Below are positions 11,656 through 23,499 of a DNA stretch of 64,000 nt, in pieces. Every line of letters starts with the position of its first letter. Position 1 is the stretch's first letter. The notes beneath the pieces were generated by a model. The model was not told the origin of the DNA and ran no database searches. It saw only the letters and a program-made list of their open reading frames with translations. Made by a program: the position numbers and the translations under genes. The DNA comes from Macrostomum lignano (taxonomy: Eukaryota), in assembly GCA_002269645.1 (NCBI GenBank), contig NIVC01002316.1, forward strand, positions 1-64,000, written 5' to 3'.

Positions 11656-13605
11656 TCAATCAGATACAATTTCGCCCTCTTCTAGTTCGATTTCATCATC
11701 AAAGTATAAAAGTTCACTGTTTAAATGCGAGGAAGCACAGTTTATATCTGTTGTGGCCATATTTATAACAGCCTTGTTAATCTTTGATGAAGATGATTGG
11801 CTAGATGAGCCTTCATTTCGACGCTTTCTATGTTGATGTAGATCTGAAGTTGACGAGTGTTTAGACTTGGATTTGTCTGATACAGAAGTAGGTGCGCTGG
11901 ACTTTCTGTGCACTGAAGTACCTGAGACGGATGTACGTGCGCTGGACTTTCTTTTCAGCGAGGCAGTTAAAGCAGACGTAGATGATTTGTGCTTACTTTT
12001 AACCGACGCGTTTTTGGCTAACCTTTGAGTATTAACGATAGATTCCTTTTGTTTAGAGGCAGACTTCATAGGTTTATAGGACTTTTTCCGTGCTAACGCA
12101 TCCGAGGCAGCGATCAGCTCAGGCTTGTTTTTTGTCGTGTCAATTTTGACAGAAGTCAGTGTGGTCGATTCGCTACCAAGGGTAGAGGTACTTGCAATCG
12201 ATTTTTCAACCGACGCAGATGTGACCGGAACAGACCTGTTAGAAGTTGAAACTCTAAAAGAGCCAAACAACGAAGCAGCAGTACCGGAAGCAGAGTTTCT
12301 GAAAGCGTCTAGCAACGAAGTAGAAGCTTTGGAAGCTGTTGTTACAACAGGGGTAGAGCAGCGGGTAGAGCTCAACGATGAAGCAGCAGCTGTGACAGAA
12401 GAAGCAACAGTGGTGGAGCTGCAGGTACCGGTAGAGCTAAGCAATGAAGAAGCTGTGGCATTAACGGAAGATTTTAAATTTGGTGCAGCCTGTATCAAAT
12501 TATCCGAACCGGTTGCAGAAGAAGTGGTGGTCACAGCTGACGCAACCGTTACTTCATTAATAGACGGTGCAGCTGTTCCAGAGTCAACTACTGAAGTCGA
12601 AGTCGTGCCACGTGAGCTGGGTATCGCAGGATTTATTACAGAAGCTTTACATGTAGAAGTTCCAGAAGCTAAGTCAGCCGACATTGTTTCCAACAGACGG
12701 ATTTGCATAGGACAGGAAGCCTTAGCAGGAAGAGGCGGCAAAGGCTGTGCGAATAAGTCCATAGGAGGGAAAATGTTTAAATGAGGCGGCACAGGCAATG
12801 ATGGGGCTACTCCTACATTTCCTGAAAAGCAAGCCGCCATTACTGGGCAAGCCGGAAGTGGTGACGACTGAGGCGGCGGTTGGGGAAATACAACTTGAGC
12901 AGAAGAACCGCAGTTAGAGAAGGTTGAGACAGAAAATGGCATCGACATGAGAGGCGGTATCGCCATCGGACTTGATTGCTGAATGTGACCGTACGGTGCA
13001 GCGCCCGATGGTTGCGTTGAGTTCAAGACTGTCGAATAGTTTAGCAGGCCGGAGTCGCTGCTGCTGGAGCCTACCTGGCAAGACGACGCTGCTGATTCCG
13101 ATGAAGGGCGTACTAATGAGAACATCATCGGCGGCACCTGCAGACGATCGCTAGCAGCTTCTACAGAAGACTGCATGATTGGAGCTACGGCAGGTGGGAC
13201 GGACGCTGTCGTAGATTCAGAGACAGTAACAGCAGCGGTTGATGTAGCAGGGGTCGATCGGCGTCCGATGAACTCCAGCGCCTGCAGCTTAGACCAGCGG
13301 CTTCTCAGCTGGGTAACAATAATATCCTCAATGCCTTGAATAACGTTAAGCAAATCGTATATATTCGGAAGCGGCGAACTGAAACCACTGAGCTCTGTTA
13401 ACTCGTGCAACGCTTCAACGCATAGGCTGCACCAGACTGGCCAAGACTTCCGCACGCTGACAACGTCCGGCTGCCGATGCTCACCGGCGGCCAAGAGCGG
13501 TAGAAGCGCCGGCTCCAAAGCGATGGAAGAGAATGCGCGAACCAACTCAACGCGCAGTAGGTGGCGCAGCTCAGAGTCTGGCAGCCGGATCTGAGGAGCA
13601 AACAT
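11656..13605 (-). CDS. Ser/Thr/Ala-rich, probably nuclear protein of 649 aa: basic C-terminal region, terminal acidic LEEGEI motif, no recognised family
   Basis: 1950-nt uninterrupted ORF. A globular-looking N-terminal ~115 aa is followed by low complexity sequence, K/R clusters (LKRK, RKRR) and the end DDEIELEEGEIVSD*. The true 5' end is uncertain; a TTTGCTCCTCAG acceptor at 13591 may join upstream exons. Confidence 0.7.
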   Translation of the reverse strand: MFAPQIRLPDSELRHLLRVELVRAFSSIALEPALLPLLAAGEHRQPDVVSVRKSWPVWCSLCVEALHELTELSGFSSPLPNIYDLLNVIQGIEDIIVTQLRSRWSKLQALEFIGRRSTPATSTAAVTVSESTTASVPPAVAPIMQSSVEAASDRLQVPPMMFSLVRPSSESAASSCQVGSSSSDSGLLNYSTVLNSTQPSGAAPYGHIQQSSPMAIPPLMSMPFSVSTFSNCGSSAQVVFPQPPPQSSPLPACPVMAACFSGNVGVAPSLPVPPHLNIFPPMDLFAQPLPPLPAKASCPMQIRLLETMSADLASGTSTCKASVINPAIPSSRGTTSTSVVDSGTAAPSINEVTVASAVTTTSSATGSDNLIQAAPNLKSSVNATASSLLSSTGTCSSTTVASSVTAAASSLSSTRCSTPVVTTASKASTSLLDAFRNSASGTAASLFGSFRVSTSNRSVPVTSASVEKSIASTSTLGSESTTLTSVKIDTTKNKPELIAASDALARKKSYKPMKSASKQKESIVNTQRLAKNASVKSKHKSSTSALTASLKRKSSARTSVSGTSVHRKSSAPTSVSDKSKSKHSSTSDLHQHRKRRNEGSSSQSSSSKINKAVINMATTDINCASSHLNSELLYFDDEIELEEGEIVSD

Positions 13606-13667
13606 GATGAGGGCGAATCATTATTAAGTAAACGTGCAATTCTTCAATTCTTAATTCAATTTTTGCA

Positions 13668-14271
13668 TTACGGTCTGCAACTAGTGCTACATAGACGCAG
13701 GTGGGGCTTCAGGCACTGTCGAAAATCAAGGCGAAGGTCTATACACAGCCAGCGAGTAGGAAAGCACTGTAGTTAAATGCTCATACCACTGACCCCTGAA
13801 TACGTAAATGCGCACCTTGCAATACGCAAACGCAAGCACACAGCGTAAAGTGGCCCGGACTTTTCAACGTCAGGCAGTGTGCATGTGCACAGAGCCCTAG
13901 GAGCCGACCCATAGGCCATATCGTACATTCCCCGGACCCATTTCAGCTCACGAGAAGCAGATTTCAATGCACGGTCGAGCGGAATCAAAGCCAGTGGCTT
14001 TGGCGCGAGAGTGGACATGCTACCGATTTCTTTGCTACTTTCCGTGATGTCGGATAATGACTTTCAACTATTGTAATGTGTCAAATAAATAAGAGCCAAA
14101 ACTGCTCACCTGTAACTCGCGGAACTCAAGTGCAGCCGCCTGTTTCAACTGTTCTGCGGCCTCCTTGCTGGCGACGTTGCGCAGACTCCAGCGTACAGTC
14201 AGCAGCATGCGTAGAAAACGCGTGTCTGATCTAAATGAGGCGGATTTCTTGTTATAGGCTGCCGAGGCCAT
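13668..14271 (-). CDS. Putative three-exon ORF of about 168 aa (or 5' exons of the 649-aa gene)
   Basis: Exons 14271-14110, 14060-13787, 13738-13668; 49-nt (GTGAGC..AAG) and 48-nt (GTATGA..TAG) introns keep the frame. No homology recognised. Confidence 0.4.
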
Positions 14272-16256
14272 GTCCACAGTCACGCTGCAATATGTAAACC
14301 ATGCTAATATATAATAATAGAGCATATTTTTAAAGCAGAATATGATGACGAAAAATGCTTTAAGTCAATAGAGTAAAGGAATAAAGAGGATTTGAAGTAT
14401 GACTGTTATTTTGCGCAATGTAGCGTTTTGCTTCTCTACCTCCTCCGTAGACGAAATAGCAATGTTCTAACTCAGAGTATTGAGATAGCAAAATACAAGA
14501 GAGTTAACTCGCTTCTAAAATCCAACCGTCTCTCCAGTCACCAGAGACTTCCATTCATATCTATTTATACCTGAGTATTGCATTTCTCAATCAGTCTAAG
14601 TCTATCTATAATTTCAGCCACGCGTGGAGATCAACTTGGAACAAAGTTGGCGTGTTTTTCCATGGACAGTGCAGGGAATACTCCCTGGACAGAGAGAGTA
14701 TTCCCTGGACAGTGTTTTTTGACACAATATTGCTGTTATGTGAGCTGGGGGTTTTGGCTGGGGGAATGACTCACTGTGACACATCCGAAGCATCCGAATT
14801 CCGGCTTATGCATGCAATGCAATACACATTTTCACGTTCGATTTTGATCAAAGTCCAGTTCTAAAAAAACTAGCGGAAATTCAATTCAGACAATTTAGAC
14901 TGGGACCCAGTCTAACCCCAGCTCAAAACATTCTAACCGAAGTAAGGTTTAGCCATAGACAAAATTATCCTGAGTCTGTAGCATAGTCTGTAGCATAGAA
15001 AAGGTGTAGCATAGAAACAGGTGAAAGAAAAGATATGAACTAGAGCCCACCTATTCTGTGTATTCCTTGATGAATGCTTGAGCCTCGACACTTCGTACGA
15101 TATTTTAGTCTGAGGTTGTGTAGTGATCCGCTAGTTTGGTGTTAGGCGTCGCACTATTGTCAGCAGCTTCCTTCGCCCTCACCCCCGCCCTGGGTTGCTG
15201 TATGCCGCTGGTCAGCTTCCCGCCCGTCTGTTGCTGCCCTTGGCCTGTTCTGCCCTTCTGCGTCTCTGTTCTCAGCCCTCAGCTTCTCTGCTGTAGGCTG
15301 TCTCTGTTTCGTTCCCGTCCCGTTTTCCTCTGTCTTGTGAGCAAGTCACATGACAGATCTTATGTTCTTGGAGTCTTAAAGTGCAGTAAACGTAAACATG
15401 TTTACTGCACTCGTTGGCCCTGTTTACCGGGAGAATCACGTGCTTTCGGACCCCTCCCTTCTCTAAGGAGAGGAGTGACTCATGTTGCTAAAAATAGCAA
15501 CTGAGTCACAGCCGCGTGTACTCTGGCCGGAGACCTCAAGTGACGTCAGTTCTAAAAATAGCAGTATTGCAGTAGACATTGCAGTAGAAAGGCTGCTTTA
15601 CTAAGAATTCTATGCCTAAGTGGCTTATCAAGTTATTGGGAGAATAACTTGAGAGAAAGCTTATGAGAGCAAATCCAAACTATATGGATTAGTCTTAAGC
15701 AGAGAGTAGACAGACAGACAGGAAAGTGAAATAAAAAGTGACAGAAGATTCTAATAAAAAATCTACGAAATATAAAATGACTAACACAAAGATGGCTGAC
15801 TTCAACAGAAACTCAACAGTACTGAACTAGTTAGCTGTGGAATTGCATCCAGTTTAATACAAAAACAGAAGTAAGTATGAATAAAGTGTGTGCGTTTAAA
15901 CCATCACCGATTGATTAAAAAGAATTACAAAAATAATAAATTACTTAGCCGACAAAAGCAGACCAGCTGTCATCAGAGCAGGTTCAGATGGTGTCAATGA
16001 AGACGAACAAAAAACATCGAATGAGTGGGTTATAAATATTTTGTTAATTAAATTTGAGTTTCAAATTGAACGCGAGTGACACAAAAAACGTGCCGCTGAG
16101 AATCGAATGACATCTTCCAGCAAGAATTGAAATTATAAGTTATAACAAATATTTAAATAAAAAATCATATTACATATTCTAAGAAAATAACATTCAGGGC
16201 TACGGTTCAAAAGGCCTAATAAACGCAAACTAATTAAAACTAGGAAACTCAAAACT

Positions 16257-19200
16257 TTATGAGAGCCTGGCGAGCTTAGCTCCAAGGTGATGGCGTGATT
16301 GATAGGGCTCGTCTGCGGCTGCAGCCAACGGCGATATTGAATCTTCTGAGTCTGACTGACGGCCCGATCGCCGGGGTGGCCGCTGGTTTGGCCTCCGATC
16401 AGGTCGATGAATATTTGGTCGCTGGTTTGGTCGCTGCAGTGGTTGCCTACGCAGATAAACAGAAATACGATGATTACGGGTGATTTTCTACTAAAATAGT
16501 CAAGCGCGCACAGACTGTTAAAATAATGCTAATAGAGGACAGGGTATAGGCTAGGATGAAAGAGCTGAAACCAGGATAGAACCCCAGTAGTTTCGGGTGG
16601 TGGCAGCCAGGACAGAACCCCAGTAGTTTCGGGTGGTGGCAACCAGGACAGAACCCCAGTAGTTTCGGGTGGTGGCAACCAGGATAGAACCCCAGTAGTT
16701 TCGGGTGGTGGCAACCAGGACAGAACCCCAGTAGTTTCGGGTGGTGGCAACCAGGATAGAACCCCAGTAGTTTCGGGTGGTGGCAACCAGGACAGAACCC
16801 CAGTAGTTTCGGGTGGTGGCAACCAGGACAGAACCCCAGTAGTTTCGTGTGGTGGCAACCAGGACAGAACCCCAGTAGTTTCGGGTGGTGGCAACCAGGA
16901 CAGAACCCCAGTAGTTTCGGGTGGTGGCAACCAGGACAGAACCCCAGTAGTTTCGGGTGGTGGCAACCAGGATAGAACCCCAGTAGTTTCGGGTGGTGGC
17001 AGCCAGGATAGAACCCCAGTAGTTTCGGGTGTTAGCAACCAGCTGTTACCAGCAGCGCAATAAATCTGTAGAGATCCTACCTTTCACTGAACCATCGCTG
17101 ATTCTGTGCACTTCTTGTTGGCGAGCGAGGCGTCTGCTCACGGAGGACTTCGTCTCGATTACTCATAGTTCGACTTTTGACGCCGCTGTACCAGCCCAGC
17201 CGCGTCTTGGCCTCCGCAACCATGGAATCAACGTCGACACTTTCCAGACGCTTGTTCAGCTGGACGCTGGCCCAGTTGGCGACGTGCTCAGCAACCAGCC
17301 TGAGCAGCAGGCGGCGGTACCGAGGCCACAGAGTGCTAGCCATGTAGCGATTGGTGCACAGCTGCACCTGGTCAGGTCTGGCTGGCGTCCCAGCGAGCAG
17401 AGCAAAGCCGGACACGGCCATACTGGCCAGACAGTCCACCAGCTGCACAGGAAACTGCGCTACCGCGCGCCGAGCAGAACTGGCAGCGAATGAGACGAAT
17501 TGGCCAATAACGCTGAGCTGATGGATTGCCTGAGCATCGAGAGTCCACTGCAGAGTTACCAGCTCGTTAAACGGACGAAGCAGATTAAATAGTTCGGGCA
17601 TTCGAACCGCATAACTAACCCACCGTTTCTTAGACAATTGGCTCGAATAGGCAGTAAACGAAGGCAGCTGCATGCTGACCTGAGCGCTGCCGGCTGGCAA
17701 GCCAAGGTCGGCCAAAATTGGCGAAATCTGCTGGTTCATAAGCGGGCTGATTGTGAATAATGATCCCGCAGACAAGTTCTGATCCTGCGACTGACAGTCC
17801 CGATGCCTTAGATCCCGATCCCGTTAGATATGAGTCCCGATCCCGTAAGATATGAGTCCCGATCCCGTAAGATATGAGTCCCGATCCCGTAAGATATGAG
17901 TCCCGATCCCGTAGCTAAGAGTCCCGATCCCGTTAGATATGAGTCCCGATCCCGTTAGATATGAGTCCCGATCCCGTTAGATATGAGTCCCGATGATGTA
18001 CGAGCTAGCTAAGAGTCCCGATCCCATAGCTTAGATTCCCGATCCCATAGCTAGGAGTCCCGATCCCGAAGCTAAGTGTCCCGAAAACGAAGCTAAGAGT
18101 CCCGATTCTGTAGCTATAGCTAAGAGTCCCGATTCCATAGCTAAGAGTCCGGATCTCGTAGCTAAGAGTCCCAATTCCGTAGCTAAGGGTCCCAATCCCG
18201 TAGATAAGAGTCCCGATCCCGTTAGATATGAGTCCCGATCCCGAAGCTAAGTGTCCCGATCCCATAGCTAGGAGTCCCGATCCCGAAGCTAAGTGTCCCG
18301 AAAACGAAGCTAAGAGTCCCGATTCCATAGCTAAGTGTCCCGATCCCATAGCTAAGTGTCCCGATCCCATAGCTAAGAGTCCTGATCCCGAAGCTACGAG
18401 CGTAATTGTCCCGATCCCGAAGCTAAGTGTCCCGAAAACGAAGCTAAGAGTCCCGATTCCATAGCTAAGTGTCCCGATCCCATAGCTAAGTGTCCCGATC
18501 CCATAGCTAAGAGTCCTGATACCGAAGCTAAGTGTCCCGAAAACGAAGCTAAGAGTCCCGATTCCATAGCTAAGAGTCCGGATCTCGTAGCTAAGAGTCC
18601 CAATTCCGTAGCTAAGGGTCCCAATCCCGTAGATAAGAGTCCCGATCCCGTAGCTAAGAGTCCCGATCCTGTAGCTAAGAGTCCCGATCCCGTAGCTGAA
18701 AATCCAAATTCTCCAACTTATTTTTTGACCAAAGACCTGAGAAAAACTTCCCCGAGAACGCCAAAATCTAATACACTGGCTACAAGTCATAAATCATGGC
18801 CCAAACCTTACCATCTGGTTAAGCGCCTGTGACACCTTCTCGGAGGTCCAGCCTCGGCCGCCAAGCCGGTCGGCGATTTCGGCGGTGGACCTGGCGCAGG
18901 CCATGCCGAACGCCCGAGCAACAGCCTCGGCGCTCAAGTCCGGTCGCTGTCCGATTAGGCGATAAATCCGACGCTCAATTCGATTTCGAATCTGCCTGCG
19001 CCACCTGAGGCTCTTGCCAGATTTGATAACGAAGCCATGGCTGTTGCAACAGCCTAAGCAGTACTGCATTAGCGAGGTGTTGACGCAATTGTAGAATTCC
19101 GATAAGCACGCCTCAGAATCCAGCGTATCCAGTTCATCCTGAGCCGAGCTCGATGCCAGCGAACTGTCACCGCTTGTTGACGCGCACGAAGAAGCCGCCG

Positions 19201-19264
19201 CAGGCGTCTGTGATCGTTGAACTCCTGCTCCCGGCTGCAGCGCAGTTGGCAGCGAGGAAGACAT
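16257..19264 (-). CDS. Orphan three-exon protein of about 448 aa, predicted helical
   Basis: Exons 19264-18812 (ATG|GTAAGG), 17784-17081 (CGCAG|GAT ... AG|GTAGGA) and 16446-16257; phases 0 and 2 are consistent, total 1347 nt. Both introns are filled with minisatellites. No family recognised. Confidence 0.65.
16567..17042. repeat. 36-bp minisatellite, about 13 copies, in intron 2 of the orphan gene
   Basis: Unit AACCAGGACAGAACCCCAGTAGTTTCGGGTGGTGGC, contiguous with no spacers. Confidence 0.95.
17805..18697. repeat. Compound 21/22-bp minisatellite in intron 1 of the orphan gene
   Basis: Units GTCCCGATCCCGTTAGATATGA and GTCCCGATCCCATAGCTAAGA, with a higher-order duplicated block (~18120-18220 vs ~18565-18650). 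Confidence 0.9.
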
Positions 19265-20115
19265 TGCTGAAATATTACAGATGCTATTTCATTGTCTGCA
19301 GTCTATGAGCACATGCCTAGAACACGCAAACCTACTTATTAGCAATGAAGCTTGAACTAATTCAAAATGTGATATTATTTCTAGCCATACCGTTAGAACC
19401 AAAAAGATCGGTTAATCTCCAACAGAGATAAAAATCAAACTACGAGCCCTACAGCTGTACTCAACAACATTAGAAAGTCACCACCTTTGAGAGTGAGCAG
19501 TAAATTATAGTTTATTATTGACTTTTGAGTGAAGCAACTTGCGTTACGCGACGCAGAGTTGAGCTGGGTGAGGAGGGATTGGGAAGAGCGGAGGGCGAAG
19601 ATTGGATGGATTCAAGCTTCCGCCCGGTTTTCATTGTTTTTTCAAGCATTTTTTAATATCAAAATGGTTGGCAAGGAGATAGACGCTGGTCGAAAGACAC
19701 TGCTCACTGGGGTAAAGGGTGGCGACTTTTTAATGTTGCTGAGTATATGATGACTGCCAGCATAGAGAGTAATGAATGAAGCACATAAACAGATTTGCGT
19801 AAAATAATACTTTATTTAGCTGTCTAGAGCGCAACCTCAAATTCTTCTTACAGATGTACTACTTTTAAGTTGAATTCATGCAAAATATGCTGCCTAATCG
19901 TATCAGCGATAACTAGATCTTGCACTAGCAAGACTTTATTGCCACCGATCCGAAAAAAGCTAAAGACGAATAAAACAAACTTTCTCGGCCAAATAAGTCC
20001 AGATAAGACAACAGACAAGCGAGGGGTGTGTTAAACATTGGCCACACAAAAATTAAAGTATAAAACTGTCGACTCGATTGTCCAAATCGAAAGCATTGCA
20101 AGCCCAAAAAGAGCC

Positions 20116-21837
20116 ATGACGGAAAACGATTCAAACATAGAGAAGAAATCCGAAGACTCGGAATGCCGACCCAGAACTTTTGAAGACCTGCTGGGCCTAC
20201 TGGGGCCCAGAGGTCCCTACCAGATACTGCTGCTGGCATGTCTCTGCTTTGTCCAAGCCTTCCCTGGTATGGTTACGCTGTCAAACGCATTCGCCAAGTC
20301 CTCGCTGATGAAGCACCAGTGCGACATCAACTCAACGGTTGGCAACGAACTTATAAGCAGCTGTTGGTCGGCAGAAGCTACAGAGGATGAGTGCCGCGTG
20401 CTGGTTAACTGCACTAATGTGCCTGGCGGCAATGTAGCTACATCGCAATGCATCGACTGGACATTCGACAGGTCAGTCTTTACGGAAACAATAGCAAGTA
20501 GGTTTCGCTTGGTCTGCGGCAACAGTTACCTTGCCGACCTGGCTGCTACCGGCTATTTTGCCGGATTCCTTCTAGGAGCAAGCCTATACGGTCTATTTGG
20601 CGACAGGTTCGGCCGACTACCAGCCTCTCTGGTAAGCATGGCCAATCTGACACTTGCAACTGCTCTGGCGGCACTGTCTCCAGTGTACTGGCTATACGCT
20701 GTAGCGATGGTGCTAGCTGGCTTTGGCACAGGCGGCATGCTTAGTGTGCTTTACTCGGCTACCATCGAGTGTACGGACTCTGCGCACAGACTGGTGTGGG
20801 GCTTTACTGTCAACCAGGGCTGGTCACTTGGCGTATTCACGGTAACTCTGGTTGCCTATTTGGAGCGAAACTATCAGGCCCAGCTGCTGTGGCTGTGCGC
20901 AACAAGTTTGCCGCTCTATTTGCTCTTGCTGCTATCTGGCGAATCGGCCCGCTGGTTGATCTCAGCTGGCAGAGTAGAACGAGCCGATTCTGTCATTGCG
21001 CGGGTTGCCCGTCTAAATAGAACAGCCGACAAATTGCCAGCAGACTTCAGCGCTGAGGAGATCTACCTGCACGAGCAGCGGGCAGTCGCGGTAATGAATA
21101 CCGGATCCGAAATTCGCACGGGCGGCAACCTCTTAAATCTGTTTCGAACGCCGGGACTGCGCAGAGCGACTCTGCTAAGTTGGCTGCACTGGTTCGCGGC
21201 CTCCATGACCTACTTTGGCATCAGCTTGGCTGGGGACTCAATCGGCGGAGACGTATTCCTAAATGTGGTTCTCGTATCGGCAGTTGAATTGCCAGCCAGA
21301 TTCCTCGGCATGCTACTGTCAATCTGCCGCATTGGACGCAAGCCTGTACTCTATGTTTCATTCGCCTTATCGGCCGTATTCTTGGCAGTCATGGTGGCGG
21401 TGTTCGATCAGTCAGTGTCTGGCAGTGCGGCAGCAAACGTGGCACTGGCAGTTCTAAGCAAGTTAAGCATCACAGTCGCCTTTGACTGCGTGTGGCTCTA
21501 CTACAGCGAAATGTTTCCAACTGTGATTCGCAGCGTCGGTGTTGGCTCAGGCTCAACTATGGCCAGGGTTGGCGCCATCCTGAGCACCCAGATGCTGCCG
21601 CTGCGCTCAGTATGGGGGCCATTGCCATTTGTGATATTTGGCATTGGACCGCTGCTTGCCTGCCTAGTGATCTACTTCCTGCCAGAGACTGTGGGCCAGG
21701 ATCTGCCCGAGACAATCGCCGATGGCGAGAAATTTATTCTGAGCAATAGTGGCCAATTGTGCTGTGGCAAAAAGAGTACAAAGGTTGTCCATCCTAATGT
21801 AGTTGCTATGGAAACTGGTGCAGCAAAATTGGCTTAA
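20116..21837 (+). CDS. SLC22-family organic cation/carnitine transporter (MFS), intronless, about 573 aa
   Basis: FEDLLGLLGPRGPYQ start, Cys-containing first loop (WTFDRSVFTETIASRFRLVC), GDRFGR and IGRKP MFS motifs, ESARWL, YYSEMFPTVIRSVGVG, LPET. ATG 20116 is preferred over the TTG at 20038. Confidence 0.95.
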   Translation: MTENDSNIEKKSEDSECRPRTFEDLLGLLGPRGPYQILLLACLCFVQAFPGMVTLSNAFAKSSLMKHQCDINSTVGNELISSCWSAEATEDECRVLVNCTNVPGGNVATSQCIDWTFDRSVFTETIASRFRLVCGNSYLADLAATGYFAGFLLGASLYGLFGDRFGRLPASLVSMANLTLATALAALSPVYWLYAVAMVLAGFGTGGMLSVLYSATIECTDSAHRLVWGFTVNQGWSLGVFTVTLVAYLERNYQAQLLWLCATSLPLYLLLLLSGESARWLISAGRVERADSVIARVARLNRTADKLPADFSAEEIYLHEQRAVAVMNTGSEIRTGGNLLNLFRTPGLRRATLLSWLHWFAASMTYFGISLAGDSIGGDVFLNVVLVSAVELPARFLGMLLSICRIGRKPVLYVSFALSAVFLAVMVAVFDQSVSGSAAANVALAVLSKLSITVAFDCVWLYYSEMFPTVIRSVGVGSGSTMARVGAILSTQMLPLRSVWGPLPFVIFGIGPLLACLVIYFLPETVGQDLPETIADGEKFILSNSGQLCCGKKSTKVVHPNVVAMETGAAKLA

Positions 21838-22099
21838 GCAAACACATTTTTTAAACACTGTTATCTCTAAACAACTTCTGGAATACTTATTGATTTCCAT
21901 ACTACTGAGAGTAAAAATTATATTGTAAATTTAAACCCCAAAATTTGGTGGCCCTTTAATGGTATCTGCTTGATTCTTACAAGCAGACAGCTTTGGTGTG
22001 ACAATTATGCAATATCAATGCTTTTCTATTGCTTAAAAATTTGCCTTATCATTTTTATGCATTCTTTGCACTTTTTTGTTTTAAATGTATAGCAGTCCA

Positions 22100-22620
22100 T
22101 GAGAATTGCCTGTAGATGAATTGCCTGCCAATATTTGCCCACAAAGCTTTTCCTGCCAAGATTTGCCTGCAATGAATTTTCCCTTGAGTAAATTGCCCAT
22201 TGAGATTTGCCCATAAGTGAATTTGCCTGCTGAGGTTTGCCCGCAATGTTTTTTTCTTCTAGTGCATTTGGCCTTGCAGCAGATTTTGTCTGCATGCATT
22301 GCCTCCCCAATGTAATAAGTTTTAATAAAAAGATATATCCAATCAAAATGTTTTGATAGTAACTACATATTTTTTTTGGGGGGGAGCATTATAGACAGAA
22401 TCCAGCTGCCAAATATGTTGCAGGAAAAAGCATTGTGGGCAAACCTTGGTGGGAAAAAAACTCAACAGACAATTCACTTGTGGGCAAATTGCACTATGGG
22501 TAAATCTTGGTGGAAAAAGCTTGGCAAACAAATCTTGATGAGCAAATCTCCTGCGGGCAAATCTCAGCGGGCAATTTGTCTGCAGGTAATTTGCATGCTC
22601 CTAATGTATTGGGGGAAATG
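22100..22620. repeat. Degenerate fold-back repeat (ATTTGCCC arrays versus GGGCAAAT arrays)
   Basis: A left arm of ~20-bp ATTTGCC(C/T) units and a right arm of (G/A)GGCAAA units in inverted orientation around a short spacer; heavily diverged. Confidence 0.35.
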
Positions 22621-23499
22621 ACTATATATAGGAACAATTTTGCTGCAAATAAAACCAACTTGCTATTGACTAAATTGCTAATTAAGTTAAGTCCTAAGCA
22701 GTTTAAACTACAATCCTTCTTAGAATTGAATGTTGAAAATAAAGTTATACATTTTCAAGAATCTTTTTAAAGGCAGTTCAGAGAAGTCTACAAAGAAAGA
22801 AAGTTAGGATCTATTCAAAGAGATACAAAGCATTGCACTGTGACAATCTGATGCTATTAACACCCAGATTGGGAAAATATATGTAGCAATAAAATAAGCT
22901 ATTGTGGAGTCATTTTATGCCACCATGCACTTGTAGCAACAGCAGGGAGGGCAGTTTTGTGAGCCAAGCTAGTATAGATGCTGCTTCCTGTGGGTAGCAA
23001 AGCCTGTGAGCATTTTCTCCAAAAAACAGCATGCATCTACCATGCTGAAGATCAGGCCCATGGAATCCCAGCACACTGGGTTCCACTCTTCTTTGAGTTG
23101 AGGGTGTACACAAACAAAAAGTATATAGTCAGCAAGGTTATTGACAAGCAGAGAAACTTGTTTGCCTACCATTGCCCATTCATTGGATAACTAAGAACTT
23201 TAAATTGACTAATGACTAGACTATGATTAGCTTTGACATCAAATTGCTATTTACAAATGTTCCCATTGATTTTGCAATCAACCTAGCCTATACATACATG
23301 CGCAACTGGTGGCCGACCTGGCCGATCCGGCCACCGTAAATTGTGGCTGACCAGGGGTAAGTCGCAAAATTGAGTCAACCAAAAACAGAAAAACACAAGA
23401 ACCAAGAAAGGCAAGAGGAAAGCGAAAAAAAGAGCAGTTCAGGGAAAATGGTGAAGCAAAAGAAAAACAATTCGCAAAAGAAGCAAACTAAGTTGTAAA

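Noticed and set aside
12125-12784. Plus-strand Val/Glu-rich 219-aa ORF
   Set aside because: Antisense shadow of the Ser/Thr-rich ORF.
16567-17042. 36-bp repeats of CRISPR-like length
   Set aside because: Units are contiguous with no unique spacers, no cas genes are present, and the array lies in a eukaryotic intron.
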